Assembly: GCA_003552925.1 (NCBI GenBank) | Contig: PUOX01000057.1 | Location: forward strand, 34-64,033 | DNA from: Mollicutes bacterium | GTDB lineage: Bacteria > Bacillota_I > Bacilli_A > Izemoplasmatales > Izemoplasmataceae | DNA: 64,000 nucleotides | Direction of reading: 5' to 3' | Shown: positions 45,965-55,255 of the stretch, piece after piece | Position numbering within the stretch: the first letter of the stretch is position 1 | How the letters are laid out: the number at the start of each line of letters is the position of its first letter | Program-made: the position numbers and the translations under genes | Notes under the pieces: model-generated | What the model was told of the DNA's origin: nothing | The model's input: only the letters and a program-made list of their open reading frames with translations | Databases searched by the model: none

Positions 45965-46750
45965 ATGAGTATTCAAGAGTTGAAAAAAAACGCGAAACAA
46001 GAAGTGTCGCAAAACAGAGGCAGTGCCGTCTTGGCAATTTTGTTGCCCATGTTGGTCTATTTTGTGCTGTATGGAGTTGTCTTCGGGCTGGCGTTTGCCG
46101 GTATATTCATGGAACAATTGTTGCTTTCGTTCATCGGGTTTGCCGGAGTGTTTGCCATCGTGCTAGCCTATATTCCTTTGCCGGTTGGTTATGCGCACTT
46201 TTTCCGTCCGTTTGTTGCTGGTGAAAGGCCACCGGCGGGCATTGTCAAAAAAGCCTGGACCGGCGGCAACTTTGGGCGAAACCTTGGCCGGACTTTGCAA
46301 GCGGTCTTGTACTTTTACCTTTGGTATATCTTGATCGCCCTTTTGGCGTTTGCGATTATGGCTATTTTGGCTTTTGTCTTTATGACCACGGGAATTGTTG
46401 ATGGGGATAACTTCTTTGAGGCGATGATATCTTTGTTGGCCATCAACATTGTCATTGGCGCAGTTGCGCTTATCATGGTGATTTTCAAAGCGCTATCTTA
46501 TGCAATGGTTCCGTTTGTGTTGGCCGATGGAGAGTTTGAACAACATCCTCTCCCACCGGTTGCGCTGAGTCGTACGATGATGAAAGGAAAGAAACGAAAG
46601 CTGTTGCTTACGCTGTTGTCCTTCATCGGATGGTTTATTTTAGGCGCGCTCACACTGCATATCTTGACCATTTTGCATGTGGCTCCATATCTTTGGACTA
46701 CTTTAGCAGGATTCTACAAAGATGCGAAAAAAGATATGCCAAAGACGTAA
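45965..46750 (+). CDS. DUF975 family membrane protein
   Basis: N-terminus MSIQELKKNAKQ...NRG.A and the polytopic layout typical of DUF975. GAGGAGG RBS. Confidence 0.7.
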   Translation: MSIQELKKNAKQEVSQNRGSAVLAILLPMLVYFVLYGVVFGLAFAGIFMEQLLLSFIGFAGVFAIVLAYIPLPVGYAHFFRPFVAGERPPAGIVKKAWTGGNFGRNLGRTLQAVLYFYLWYILIALLAFAIMAILAFVFMTTGIVDGDNFFEAMISLLAINIVIGAVALIMVIFKALSYAMVPFVLADGEFEQHPLPPVALSRTMMKGKKRKLLLTLLSFIGWFILGALTLHILTILHVAPYLWTTLAGFYKDAKKDMPKT

Positions 46751-46901
46751 ACGATAGCTTCGAGTATAGGATGCAACGCAAAGGCGCCGAAACTTCCGGC
46801 GCCTTTTTGCGGTTCATGATGCGAACCTAAATGTTTGCCTCAACAAAGGGCATGTGTTACACTGAAATGGAGCGTAAAACGATGGAAACTGGGTGAAAAC
46901 C

Positions 46902-47228
46902 ATGAAGAAATCATTGAAAGAACGCTTTGAGACACACTCGTTTTTCTTCTTGCTTGTGATGATTTTTGGTATCAACATGTTTGTGTTCTTGTTTGTTGCG
47001 GTTGCGGAAGCGTTGCTGACGGGATATACCCTTGCGGGCCTTGCCTTGCTCGGAGCGACTCTTTTGGGGTTTTTTATTCCGTTGATATACCTTAAACGAT
47101 TGCATCCTAAAAAGCGTTTGAAAGAAATCATGAAAGGCGACGACTTTTTGATGGTGTTCTCACTGATTTTCATAGGCATAGGGTCTATTGTCGCGGCGGG
47201 CGCCATTTGGTACTTTTTCTATTCATAA
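46902..47228 (+). CDS. small membrane protein
   Basis: Three hydrophobic helices. The start is ambiguous (GTG 46893 or ATG 46902). Confidence 0.45.
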   Translation: MKKSLKERFETHSFFFLLVMIFGINMFVFLFVAVAEALLTGYTLAGLALLGATLLGFFIPLIYLKRLHPKKRLKEIMKGDDFLMVFSLIFIGIGSIVAAGAIWYFFYS

Positions 47229-47239
47229 ACATGGCCTTA

Positions 47240-47285
47240 AAAAACCTATGTCCGACAAAGCTAGTCGGACATAGGTTTTTCTTTT
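47240..47285. terminator. bidirectional terminator
   Basis: AAAAACCTATGTCCGAC...GTCGGACATAGGTTTTT 17-bp stem. Confidence 0.85.
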
Positions 47286-47288
47286 GGA

Positions 47289-47903
47289 TTAAGATTCCGG
47301 TTTTTTAGGAAGCAGCAACACGCCTCGAATGATTAAGTATAAAGCGACAATCAATGTTCCGGCCTGATCGATGTAGTAACTGGCTTGCGTCGTTTCAAAA
47401 AGCATTACCGAAACTAACGCAACCACAACGTTCAAATCAACGATGGTTTTGGCTTGGTAAAGCTTACCTTGCGAGTCCATGACTGAATGAGGGGAGGCTT
47501 TTTGAAAGAGCGAATAGCGAATGAAAAAGTAACCGTTGAAAAACACGCCGAGCCCGGCCACGGCAAGCCCCAAACGGACATCGCCCGATGGAAGAGAAGG
47601 GTTCAACAAGCCTCTTGTGAACAGAAGAAGAAGGAAAACGCCGCTGAACATCAGAACAGTGCCCGAAGCAACGTATAGTCGTTTCCCAAGTCGATTTTTC
47701 ATCGCATCGTCGCTGTTTTGTTTGAGTACTTGATAGATCCAAAACGCCAACACCAGCACGCCGAGTTCCACGGTTCGTCGTAAAAAATCCGCAAATTGCG
47801 TCGCCGCGGTGTTCATAAACAAGGCATAGCCGGTCACAAACGGACCGAACGCGCTGAAGGTTATGGACAGAACCAGTGTGCGTGCGCGTTTGTCTTTTGT
47901 CAT
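47289..47903 (-). CDS. cation-diffusion-facilitator-like membrane protein (metal-site residues not evident)
   Basis: About 200 aa with 5-6 TM segments and weak resemblance to the CDF transmembrane domain. No C-terminal cytoplasmic domain. Confidence 0.35.
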   Translation of the reverse strand: MTKDKRARTLVLSITFSAFGPFVTGYALFMNTAATQFADFLRRTVELGVLVLAFWIYQVLKQNSDDAMKNRLGKRLYVASGTVLMFSGVFLLLLFTRGLLNPSLPSGDVRLGLAVAGLGVFFNGYFFIRYSLFQKASPHSVMDSQGKLYQAKTIVDLNVVVALVSVMLFETTQASYYIDQAGTLIVALYLIIRGVLLLPKKPES

Positions 47904-47904
47904 C

Positions 47905-48636
47905 TTACATCACCCCTAACGCGTGAAAAAGCCAGGTCATCAAGTAAAGCGTCGTTGCGGCGGAAAGAGGAAGGATGAGGGTGTCCCAACCGTTTTTTGC
48001 GTACGCTTCGGCAAACGTGGCGACGGCAGAAACCACCGCAGCCATCAAGAGTGCGATCCACCACGGGTGGCCATTGTAAAACAGCAACATAATCAACGCG
48101 ACGATGAACACGCCGATGTTCATTGAAACGCTTCCGGTCCACGTTTTCTTTTTGTCGGTTCCCGGCCAGGAGAGGTTGCGGTTTCCAAAACGCTTGCCGA
48201 TGACGGCCGCTATGGCGTCTCCAACGCCCCAGCACATTACCGATGTCGCCACGATGACGTTCGAGCCATGGGGCAGCACATTGCCGAACACGGCAATCAG
48301 AATCACAAAACTGCTGAGGGCGAGTACGGCGGAAACCTTTATTTCTCCGCCTTTTTTCTTTCGGTCCACAAGCAAACGCTTGTAAAAGGGAGTACGCTCA
48401 AATCCCCAAACCGACAAGAATATCACGGCCATGAAGCCTAACAAAACAAGGACTGAGACCCACCAAGGCTCAAAAAGGTACATGAACAAAAAGATGGAAA
48501 ACGCATACCCTAAGTGTTGTGTTTTCCGAACGATTTCTTTGGGGGCGCGCACGACCAATTTCAAAAAGGCGGACAGTCCGAGTAGAACAACCGCAAAATA
48601 GAGCACTGTCCATAGAACTCCAAAAAGTATGTCCAT
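47905..48636 (-). CDS. CTP-dependent polyprenol/diacylglycerol kinase or cytidylyltransferase family (CdsA/dolichol-kinase-like) membrane protein
   Basis: WGVGDAIAAVIGKRFG motif. Polytopic, and forms an operon with the downstream gene (1-nt gap). Confidence 0.6.
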   Translation of the reverse strand: MDILFGVLWTVLYFAVVLLGLSAFLKLVVRAPKEIVRKTQHLGYAFSIFLFMYLFEPWWVSVLVLLGFMAVIFLSVWGFERTPFYKRLLVDRKKKGGEIKVSAVLALSSFVILIAVFGNVLPHGSNVIVATSVMCWGVGDAIAAVIGKRFGNRNLSWPGTDKKKTWTGSVSMNIGVFIVALIMLLFYNGHPWWIALLMAAVVSAVATFAEAYAKNGWDTLILPLSAATTLYLMTWLFHALGVM

Positions 48637-48721
48637 ACAACCCCGCCTCTCTTGCTTGCTTGTATTATACCAAAGTTTTGCACAAAGCGTACCTTTTCAC
48701 TAACAATATCGTACAGACAAC

Positions 48722-48758
48722 AAAACATCTTACCGTTGGCGAACGGTAAGATGTTTTG
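48722..48758. terminator. terminator downstream of the RDD gene
   Basis: AAAACATCTTACCGTT-ggcg-AACGGTAAGATGTTTT perfect 16-bp stem. Confidence 0.8.
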
Positions 48759-48768
48759 TGGTCAGGGC

Positions 48769-49338
48769 TTATTGTTTTTTCTCTTCTTCCAAGGGAATGA
48801 CTTCGGGAACGACATACGTCCTTGCCAAAACGTCATGTAAGCCTTGGGCGTTTCTTTGACCGAGAACCATGATCAACGATACGAGAAGAACGAGCGAAAA
48901 GATGGTATCGATTGACCTGCTCAAAGTTCCGAAGGCGTCCGTAGCGATGAGCACCGGTATCAACAAGAACGTTATGTACCATCTATAAACGATGATAGCC
49001 CTCAAGAAGTGAATGTGTAGTGGCGGGTTTTCGTTTTTCTCATCGATGACTCGGATACGAAGCAATTTTTTGGCGGGAGTTTGGCCGTTTGCCATTGCCG
49101 GCAGCTGACCGTAATACAAAATACCGACAACGAGGTTCAGGACAATCAAATACGCGCCTATAAAAGCGCTCTCTGGTTCTAATGCAAACAAAAAGTCCAG
49201 ATTACCGCTCAAATCCGCGAAGGCAAACGCCGACAAGACAACTAGAACTGCGACGATCACCGAGTAGAGTATCGCGTCAATCAAAGCAGCGATGACTCGT
49301 TGGACTTTGACGGTTCCTTCATAGGTTTCTCCATACAT
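48769..49338 (-). CDS. RDD family membrane protein
   Basis: RVIAALIDAILYS... N-terminal motif and the C-terminal GLHDVLARTYVV typical of RDD domains. Confidence 0.7.
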   Translation of the reverse strand: MYGETYEGTVKVQRVIAALIDAILYSVIVAVLVVLSAFAFADLSGNLDFLFALEPESAFIGAYLIVLNLVVGILYYGQLPAMANGQTPAKKLLRIRVIDEKNENPPLHIHFLRAIIVYRWYITFLLIPVLIATDAFGTLSRSIDTIFSLVLLVSLIMVLGQRNAQGLHDVLARTYVVPEVIPLEEEKKQ

Positions 49339-49571
49339 AGTATATACCCTCCTTTTTCATAATATGATAAACAGGTTCACTCAATAATCAATACACTTTT
49401 TTGACAAGATTTGTTTACATTCTGTGAATGCAAAACTTAACATACCCCCAGAATCACACTATGTATTGCAAAACACCCAAACGGCAGTTAGCGTCTTTCT
49501 ATTTCCAAGCAAATATAGTATTTTAACATTGAAGACATCATAAGAAAATATATGTTTGAAGGGGTGTTAAC

Positions 49572-49985
49572 ATGAATGTCCGTGAAATTCTTTGGAGAAA
49601 CGGTAGAATTATAAAAAACGCAATTGTGTATATTACGGACCATCCCAAAACCATTGTGCCTTTTGTCGTCAATTTTTTGTTGGAAGTGGGAGGTCTCGTC
49701 GCTCTCATATTGTATGCGAACAGCATCATGCCCATCACAAATCTGGAATTTTTGCTATTTGCTTATGTGGGCTTGGTATGGGTTTCCCTTACGTCCGCTT
49801 TGGCTTCGCTAGTTCTGCTTCGTTTGATGGAACAAGCCGAAAACGATGAACCCATGCGTTTGATGCGGGCTTTTTGGTTGGCGCTTAAGAGCGACTTTCT
49901 TAAGTCGTTCCCTGTCGTTTTGGTTTGGTATGCCTTGCAATTAGTAATCTACGTCATGGTCTTTCTCATCAATCGGAACCGCTGA
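49572..49985 (+). CDS. small membrane protein, unknown function
   Basis: GAAGGGG RBS and three or four hydrophobic helices. Confidence 0.4.
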   Translation: MNVREILWRNGRIIKNAIVYITDHPKTIVPFVVNFLLEVGGLVALILYANSIMPITNLEFLLFAYVGLVWVSLTSALASLVLLRLMEQAENDEPMRLMRAFWLALKSDFLKSFPVVLVWYALQLVIYVMVFLINRNR

Positions 49986-50060
49986 AACCGAAGCAGAAGC
50001 CCCTCCTCTCATCACGGCATGCCTTATAGGTGAAGAAGAGGAGCGTTTTGAGGAAAGTTC

Positions 50061-50483
50061 TTGCTGCAAACACTTAGATTGACGTTTATGTCGGTAATGG
50101 TGGCCATTTCTCGAGATCGAACAGGTCCCATCGCATCGACCCGTACCGGCATCGCCTTCTTTTTTGATCATTTGGGCAAGTTCATGACCGGAGTGTTCGT
50201 TCTCTTTGTGTCTTCTTTCATTATGCTGCTGCCCGCGATATTCATTCTTTACATTGGCGAACAACTTGGTATTATGTTGTTTGCAGTAATCTTCGTTGCG
50301 GTTTTGTTTGCCATGACATGGGTATTTTCGGCTTTGGTGGAAAACATGTATGTAGCGCAAATATACATTTGGGCGTATCAATGGAATGTAAAAAGAGAAG
50401 AAGCCCTTGAAAACGATAAAAACCCGACGAAGCTAGAAGACGAAGAGTTCTCTTTCATGCTTGAGGATGTGTTTGAGACATAG
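50061..50483 (+). CDS. small membrane protein with acidic tail, unknown function
   Basis: Hydrophobic core and an acidic C-terminus. The start is uncertain (TTG 50061 or ATG 50088). Confidence 0.35.
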   Translation: MLQTLRLTFMSVMVAISRDRTGPIASTRTGIAFFFDHLGKFMTGVFVLFVSSFIMLLPAIFILYIGEQLGIMLFAVIFVAVLFAMTWVFSALVENMYVAQIYIWAYQWNVKREEALENDKNPTKLEDEEFSFMLEDVFET

Positions 50484-50514
50484 GAACCATTTCTTGAACA
50501 ATTCCGTTATTCGT

Positions 50515-50563
50515 AGAAAACCCCCAAAGCAACCGTTATGGGTTGTCTTTTGGGGGGTTTTTA
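50515..50563. terminator. bidirectional terminator
   Basis: AAAACCCCCAAAgCAACC...GGTTGtcTTTTGGGGGGTTTTT hairpin. Confidence 0.75.
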
Positions 50564-50580
50564 GTGATAAGGTTCATCCG

Positions 50581-50979
50581 TTATTCGATTGTAAATGGCA
50601 GTGTTTCTTCTAATTCGTTGTTGATGTAGAGTCGGACCTCGTAACTTCCTTCAGGCCAACCGTCGTCCGGTTGAGAAAGCGAGAAATAGAAATCGGTGGA
50701 TCCGGTTTCCATCATCGCACCGTCGATGTAAGTTTCTTCATCTTCCATGTAGTACCATTCGGCACTGATTTCCGTTCCCGAGGGAGCGTTGCGGAGTTCT
50801 CCCGCGACAAACACTGTCTCTTGGTCGGTATCGAAAGCTTCGACCTCATCAATAGGCTGATAGTCGTCGATACCGGTCGTCAACTGCACATCACCAAAGT
50901 TTGCGGTGGAGCATTGCACAGAAGCCATGATAACACCGCCTAGCATCATCACTAGACTGACAATTCGTCCAATAAGCAT
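50581..50979 (-). CDS. small secreted/lipid-anchored acidic protein
   Basis: Hydrophobic signal ending ...IMASVQC and a ~105-aa beta-rich acidic domain. GGAGGAGGAG RBS. Confidence 0.55.
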   Translation of the reverse strand: MLIGRIVSLVMMLGGVIMASVQCSTANFGDVQLTTGIDDYQPIDEVEAFDTDQETVFVAGELRNAPSGTEISAEWYYMEDEETYIDGAMMETGSTDFYFSLSQPDDGWPEGSYEVRLYINNELEETLPFTIE

Positions 50980-51003
50980 ACTCCTCCTCCTTCATCCATT
51001 AAA

Positions 51004-51027
51004 TTAAAAAAAGACGTTTCCAACGTC
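51004..51027 (-). terminator. hairpin + U-run at the 5' end of the 50979 transcript (terminator-like)
   Basis: Minus strand reads GACGTT-gga-AACGTC then TTTTTTT, only ~8 nt downstream of a TTGACT-17-TATATA promoter (51042..51070). Confidence 0.4.
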
Positions 51028-51278
51028 CGTCTTCATTCATATATATACCATATTTTAGGAAAAAAGTCAATTTCCGGCTTGCCTGCGGTGTTTTTAGTGG
51101 TGATATTACATAGGCTTCACGAAGCTGTGCTGAGTCCAGTTATGACAATAAACATGTGAAAAAATGCAGATACATGCAAATCAACCCCGGGTTGAAACGG
51201 TTCAAGAAACCCTATCTTGTCAATTCAAACGAAATCAAGTATACTTTGAACGACGCTTAATAGAGAGGAATGAAGTAT

Positions 51279-52358
51279 ATGAACACAGAGCGCGTAGGAA
51301 TTTTTTTACAGCAACTCAGAAAAGAGAAGAAATTGATGCAAAAAGATGTCGCGAAACTATGCAACGTTTCGGTGCAAGCGGTCTCGAAATGGGAAAGAGG
51401 CGGCAACATGCCGGACATTGAAACGTTGGAGAGGTTGTCGATCCTTTACGATGTCAGCATCAACGAATTGATCAACGGTGAACGGGAAGAAGTGTATCTC
51501 GATGTCGAGAAACGCAAAAACATCATCGGCATCATGCTTTCGGCTTTGCTATTCTTGGTGTATTTGTTTCCCTATATAAGAAGCCATATGGAAATCGATG
51601 CAGGACCGGGCAACGTGTTGTACGAAGTGACCGCAAATGGATACGAATTGATTTTCAACGCCACCGCTTTTTTCATGGTGCCCGTCTGGATGGTTTTTGC
51701 CGGATTGATCGCGCACTTGATTGTAAGAGTGTTTACATTGACCAAGGTTGTGAATTATACCAAGGGCTTAAAAGCCTTCATGCTCGCAACTTCGGCCTTG
51801 ATTCTTATTATCAGTGTCGCTTTGTTGGTGCATGATGCCTTTTTCGCATTCCCGCAGATTCTTTTTGCCGGCGCGATGCTCATCAACATGCATTTGCACT
51901 ATGAAAAGGGAGATATTCAAAAGCTTCGTGAACGCATGAAAAAGCGTGAAATCGAACCTTTGAGCCAAGAAGAAGACCGCCGCACCAGCGGATTGAAGGC
52001 TTTGACCGCCTTCGCGCTTCTTATCGGCACAGTGCACGTAGTTTTGTTTTTCTTGCCCATTATCGCTCTTGTGATGGGTGAAAATGTCAGTGCATCCGAT
52101 TTGATGATTGGCTTCTTTGCCGGTCTACTTCCCGGTGTCTTCATTTTGATGTTAGTTCGACACTTGCGGGGAGAAAAGGCCAAGGCATTCCTTTTGGCGA
52201 TTGCCGTGGCGACGATCGTTTTTCCGCTTGTCATGACGCTTGAATGGGTCCCCGAATCCACCGGTGAACAAATGGTTTTCCTAACGGTTTATATGGTGCC
52301 CGCAGTCTTTTTCCTAAGCGGTTACCTGATGTACAAACGCATGGAGCCTTCTGCGTAG
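51279..52358 (+). CDS. XRE-family HTH protein with C-terminal multi-TM domain
   Basis: HTH (LRKEKKLMQKDVAKLCNVSVQAVSKWERG) followed by about 8 hydrophobic helices. A TTGTCA-17-TATACT promoter lies upstream. Confidence 0.75.
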   Translation: MNTERVGIFLQQLRKEKKLMQKDVAKLCNVSVQAVSKWERGGNMPDIETLERLSILYDVSINELINGEREEVYLDVEKRKNIIGIMLSALLFLVYLFPYIRSHMEIDAGPGNVLYEVTANGYELIFNATAFFMVPVWMVFAGLIAHLIVRVFTLTKVVNYTKGLKAFMLATSALILIISVALLVHDAFFAFPQILFAGAMLINMHLHYEKGDIQKLRERMKKREIEPLSQEEDRRTSGLKALTAFALLIGTVHVVLFFLPIIALVMGENVSASDLMIGFFAGLLPGVFILMLVRHLRGEKAKAFLLAIAVATIVFPLVMTLEWVPESTGEQMVFLTVYMVPAVFFLSGYLMYKRMEPSA

Positions 52359-52409
52359 CGAGATTCAAACACCTTTGAAAACGCCTTGTCTTTCCATTCA
52401 CAATAGTTT

Positions 52410-52448
52410 CCGCGCCCTTATGGAGTTTGTCCGCAAGGGTGCGGTTTT
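52410..52448 (+). terminator. rho-independent terminator
   Basis: CCGCgCCCTT...AAGGGtGCGG hairpin followed by TTTT. Confidence 0.55.
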
Positions 52449-52565
52449 GTTTAGTGAGAGTGTTTCAAAGAGCGCGGGCAAATTGAACCGATAGGTGTCC
52501 GGCAATAAGCATGTTTCCATGTCCGAAGAGATGCGATACAATGGTCGTATAAGGAGGAGATTCTT

Positions 52566-53072
52566 ATGGACGAAAAGGGGGATGACTCCTGTACAATCCG
52601 CAATGGCACCGCCTCGGAAATGCGCTCCCTTTGGCGTAAGAAGCACACAACCGAGTTTTTTGCCAATCAGCTGGAAAAAGGCAACGCCGTCTTTTGGACG
52701 TTGGATTGTGGCGGGCAGTTGATGGGCGAACTCTATGCATTCCAAGAACTCTCCGACAAGGATTTCGCGGACGGGAAGACAACTGCTTATTTATGCGCTT
52801 TTCGCATCCATGCTTCTTTGCGTGGGGAAGGCTATGGGACGAAACTGCTCAATTATGCTCTTCAGGCCTTCTCCGAAGCTGGGTTCGCTTTTGCGACCAT
52901 CGGAGTCGAGCCGTCAGAAGAGGCGAATATGCGCCTTTATCGACGCAACGGTTTTGCGGAAGTGCGAAAAAGCGCAACTACCGACCCGTGCGATTTTGAT
53001 GCTTACGGCAAGCCTCTCGCCACATCTCCATTTTTGCTGTTGCGGCGTTCATTGTCGATTGGCACAGGATAA
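52566..53072 (+). CDS. GNAT family N-acetyltransferase
   Basis: FRIHASLRGEGYGTKLLNYAL acetyl-CoA motif. GGAGGAG RBS. Confidence 0.75.
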   Translation: MDEKGDDSCTIRNGTASEMRSLWRKKHTTEFFANQLEKGNAVFWTLDCGGQLMGELYAFQELSDKDFADGKTTAYLCAFRIHASLRGEGYGTKLLNYALQAFSEAGFAFATIGVEPSEEANMRLYRRNGFAEVRKSATTDPCDFDAYGKPLATSPFLLLRRSLSIGTG

Positions 53073-53173
53073 GTCGTTTTTTATAATGTTCTTTTATGTT
53101 TTTTCAAAGCATTCGTTTGAAAAATTTGTTACAATGTTTTTAGTGACTAACAAAACCAAAAAAGGGGTATTGG

Positions 53174-55153
53174 ATGGAAAAAATCGGACTGAAGAAATTT
53201 CTGGACTATCGATTTGTCGGCAGCTTGCAGGCGTCTCCCGAAGAAAGCAAGTATGCGTTTTTAGTTTCCAAGGCGGTGTATGACAAAAACGAATACCATC
53301 ATGCGCTTTACACCGGAAACCGCGAACGCGTTTCCAAAGAGCTCAACTTGAAAAAGAATCAAGATTACATTTTTTTAAGCGAAGACCGCTTGTTGCTTAA
53401 TTACCAACGCACAAAACGTGAAGAAAAAGAGGTCAAGGAAGCTTTCAAACAAAGCTTCTACACCTACGACTTGCAACAAGGCGAACTGAAGAAAGCGTTC
53501 ACGCTTCCTTTTGCGGGCAAGTTAGAAGAGCGCTTGAGTGAACACAAAATCCTAGTCTCTGCGTTCATGCAAGAAGACGACCACGTTCTCTACGAAGGCG
53601 GCGAGAAAAAGCGCAAAACCCATTTGAAACGCAAAAAAGAAGCGGCCGCTTACGAAGAAATCGAGGAACTTCCCTACTACTTCAACGGCGTGGATTTCAT
53701 CGCCAACAAGCATCGCCAACTGTTCATATACGACATTGAAAACGACGAAATCAAGCGCCTTTTGCCCAAAAATTTCACTCTTGGCGGGTACGCGCTTTCT
53801 GAAGATAAGAATACGTTGTATTATACCGGGTCAAAATGGCAAAAAGTGGCGACGACCACGTCCAAAATCTTCGCTTGCGATTTGGAAAGCGGCGAACATC
53901 GTACGCTTTACGACAAACTGGATTACAACATCGCCCATCTTTTCGAACTAAAAGGCAAGCTGTTTGCCATTGCCAAAGACATGGAAGCCTACGGTCTCAA
54001 CCAAAACCCGGACTTTTTCCTAGTGGAAAACGGCGAAATGAAGCTTCATGCCGAATTCGGCCAATCGGTCGGTAACACCGTTGGCACGGATTGCCGTCTT
54101 TCGGGGTCGAAGAGTTCTTTTGTGAAAGACGATGCTTTCTACTTCACCACCACCGCCGACGATCACGTCGAAGTGCATAAAATGACCTTTGAGGGCACCA
54201 TCGATAAAGTCTTTGCGATGCCGGGTTCTGTCGACGGACTCGTAAAATTGAAAGAAGAAGCGGTTATGGTCGGCATGAAAGAACAGCGCCTGCAAGAGAT
54301 TTATCGTTTGAACCTAAAAAAGCAAACCTTGCGGATGTTGAGTCGCATCAACGCCCGTGTTTTATCGGGGCATTACGTCGCCAAACCGCAGACCATCGTC
54401 GTGCGAAAAGATAATCACGAAATCAAAGGTTTTGTGCTCTTGCCCAAACACTACAACCCTGCGAAAAAGTATCCGGCCATCTTGAACATTCACGGCGGGC
54501 CGAAAACCGTCTACGGGCAAATCTTTTTCCACGAGATGCAATATTGGGCGAATCAAGGGTATCTGGTGTTGTTCGCCAATCCCCGCGGGTCGGATGGGAA
54601 AGGCAACGCCTTTGCGGACATCCGCGGCAAGTACGGCACCATCGATTACGACGACTTGATGGATTTCACCGATGAAGTCTTAGCGAAGTATCCGGCCATC
54701 GACCAAGACAGACTCTTTGTGACGGGCGGATCGTATGGCGGGTTCATGACGAATTGGATGGTGACGCAGACCGACCGCTTCAAGGCCGCCGCCACGCAAC
54801 GTTCCATCTCCAATTGGCTTTCCTTCTACGGAACATCCGACATCGGCAACCATTTCGCCACCGACCAGACCGGAGGCCATCCGATCACCGACATGGACAA
54901 GCTCTACAACCAATCGCCCATCAAATACGCGTTGGATGTGAAGACGCCGCTTTTGCTCATCCATTCCGACAAGGACCATCGCTGTCCGATGGAACAGGCC
55001 CAGCAGTTCTATGCCGTCTTGAAGACGAACGGTGTGGATTGCCGCCTAGTTTGGTTCAAGGGCGAAAACCATGAACTTTCAAGAGCCGGGAAACCGCAAG
55101 CGCGTGTCAAACGCCTGCAAGAAATCACCGGCTGGTTCGATAAATACCGTTAA
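53174..55153 (+). CDS. S9 family serine peptidase (prolyl oligopeptidase / acylaminoacyl-peptidase type)
   Basis: N-terminal beta-propeller-like half. Catalytic triad contexts GGSYGGFM, HSDKDHRCP and GENHEL. Confidence 0.9.
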   Translation: MEKIGLKKFLDYRFVGSLQASPEESKYAFLVSKAVYDKNEYHHALYTGNRERVSKELNLKKNQDYIFLSEDRLLLNYQRTKREEKEVKEAFKQSFYTYDLQQGELKKAFTLPFAGKLEERLSEHKILVSAFMQEDDHVLYEGGEKKRKTHLKRKKEAAAYEEIEELPYYFNGVDFIANKHRQLFIYDIENDEIKRLLPKNFTLGGYALSEDKNTLYYTGSKWQKVATTTSKIFACDLESGEHRTLYDKLDYNIAHLFELKGKLFAIAKDMEAYGLNQNPDFFLVENGEMKLHAEFGQSVGNTVGTDCRLSGSKSSFVKDDAFYFTTTADDHVEVHKMTFEGTIDKVFAMPGSVDGLVKLKEEAVMVGMKEQRLQEIYRLNLKKQTLRMLSRINARVLSGHYVAKPQTIVVRKDNHEIKGFVLLPKHYNPAKKYPAILNIHGGPKTVYGQIFFHEMQYWANQGYLVLFANPRGSDGKGNAFADIRGKYGTIDYDDLMDFTDEVLAKYPAIDQDRLFVTGGSYGGFMTNWMVTQTDRFKAAATQRSISNWLSFYGTSDIGNHFATDQTGGHPITDMDKLYNQSPIKYALDVKTPLLLIHSDKDHRCPMEQAQQFYAVLKTNGVDCRLVWFKGENHELSRAGKPQARVKRLQEITGWFDKYR

Positions 55154-55164
55154 ATCTTATGTTT

Positions 55165-55190
55165 AAACCCCGCCAGTAGCGCGGGGTTTT
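55165..55190 (+). terminator. rho-independent terminator
   Basis: AAACCCCGC...GCGGGGTTTT hairpin. Confidence 0.75.
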
Positions 55191-55255
55191 GCGTTTTGCC
55201 CGGTTGAACGAAAGATGGGAATTTGATAATATGGGAGAGTTAAAGGAGTGATACG

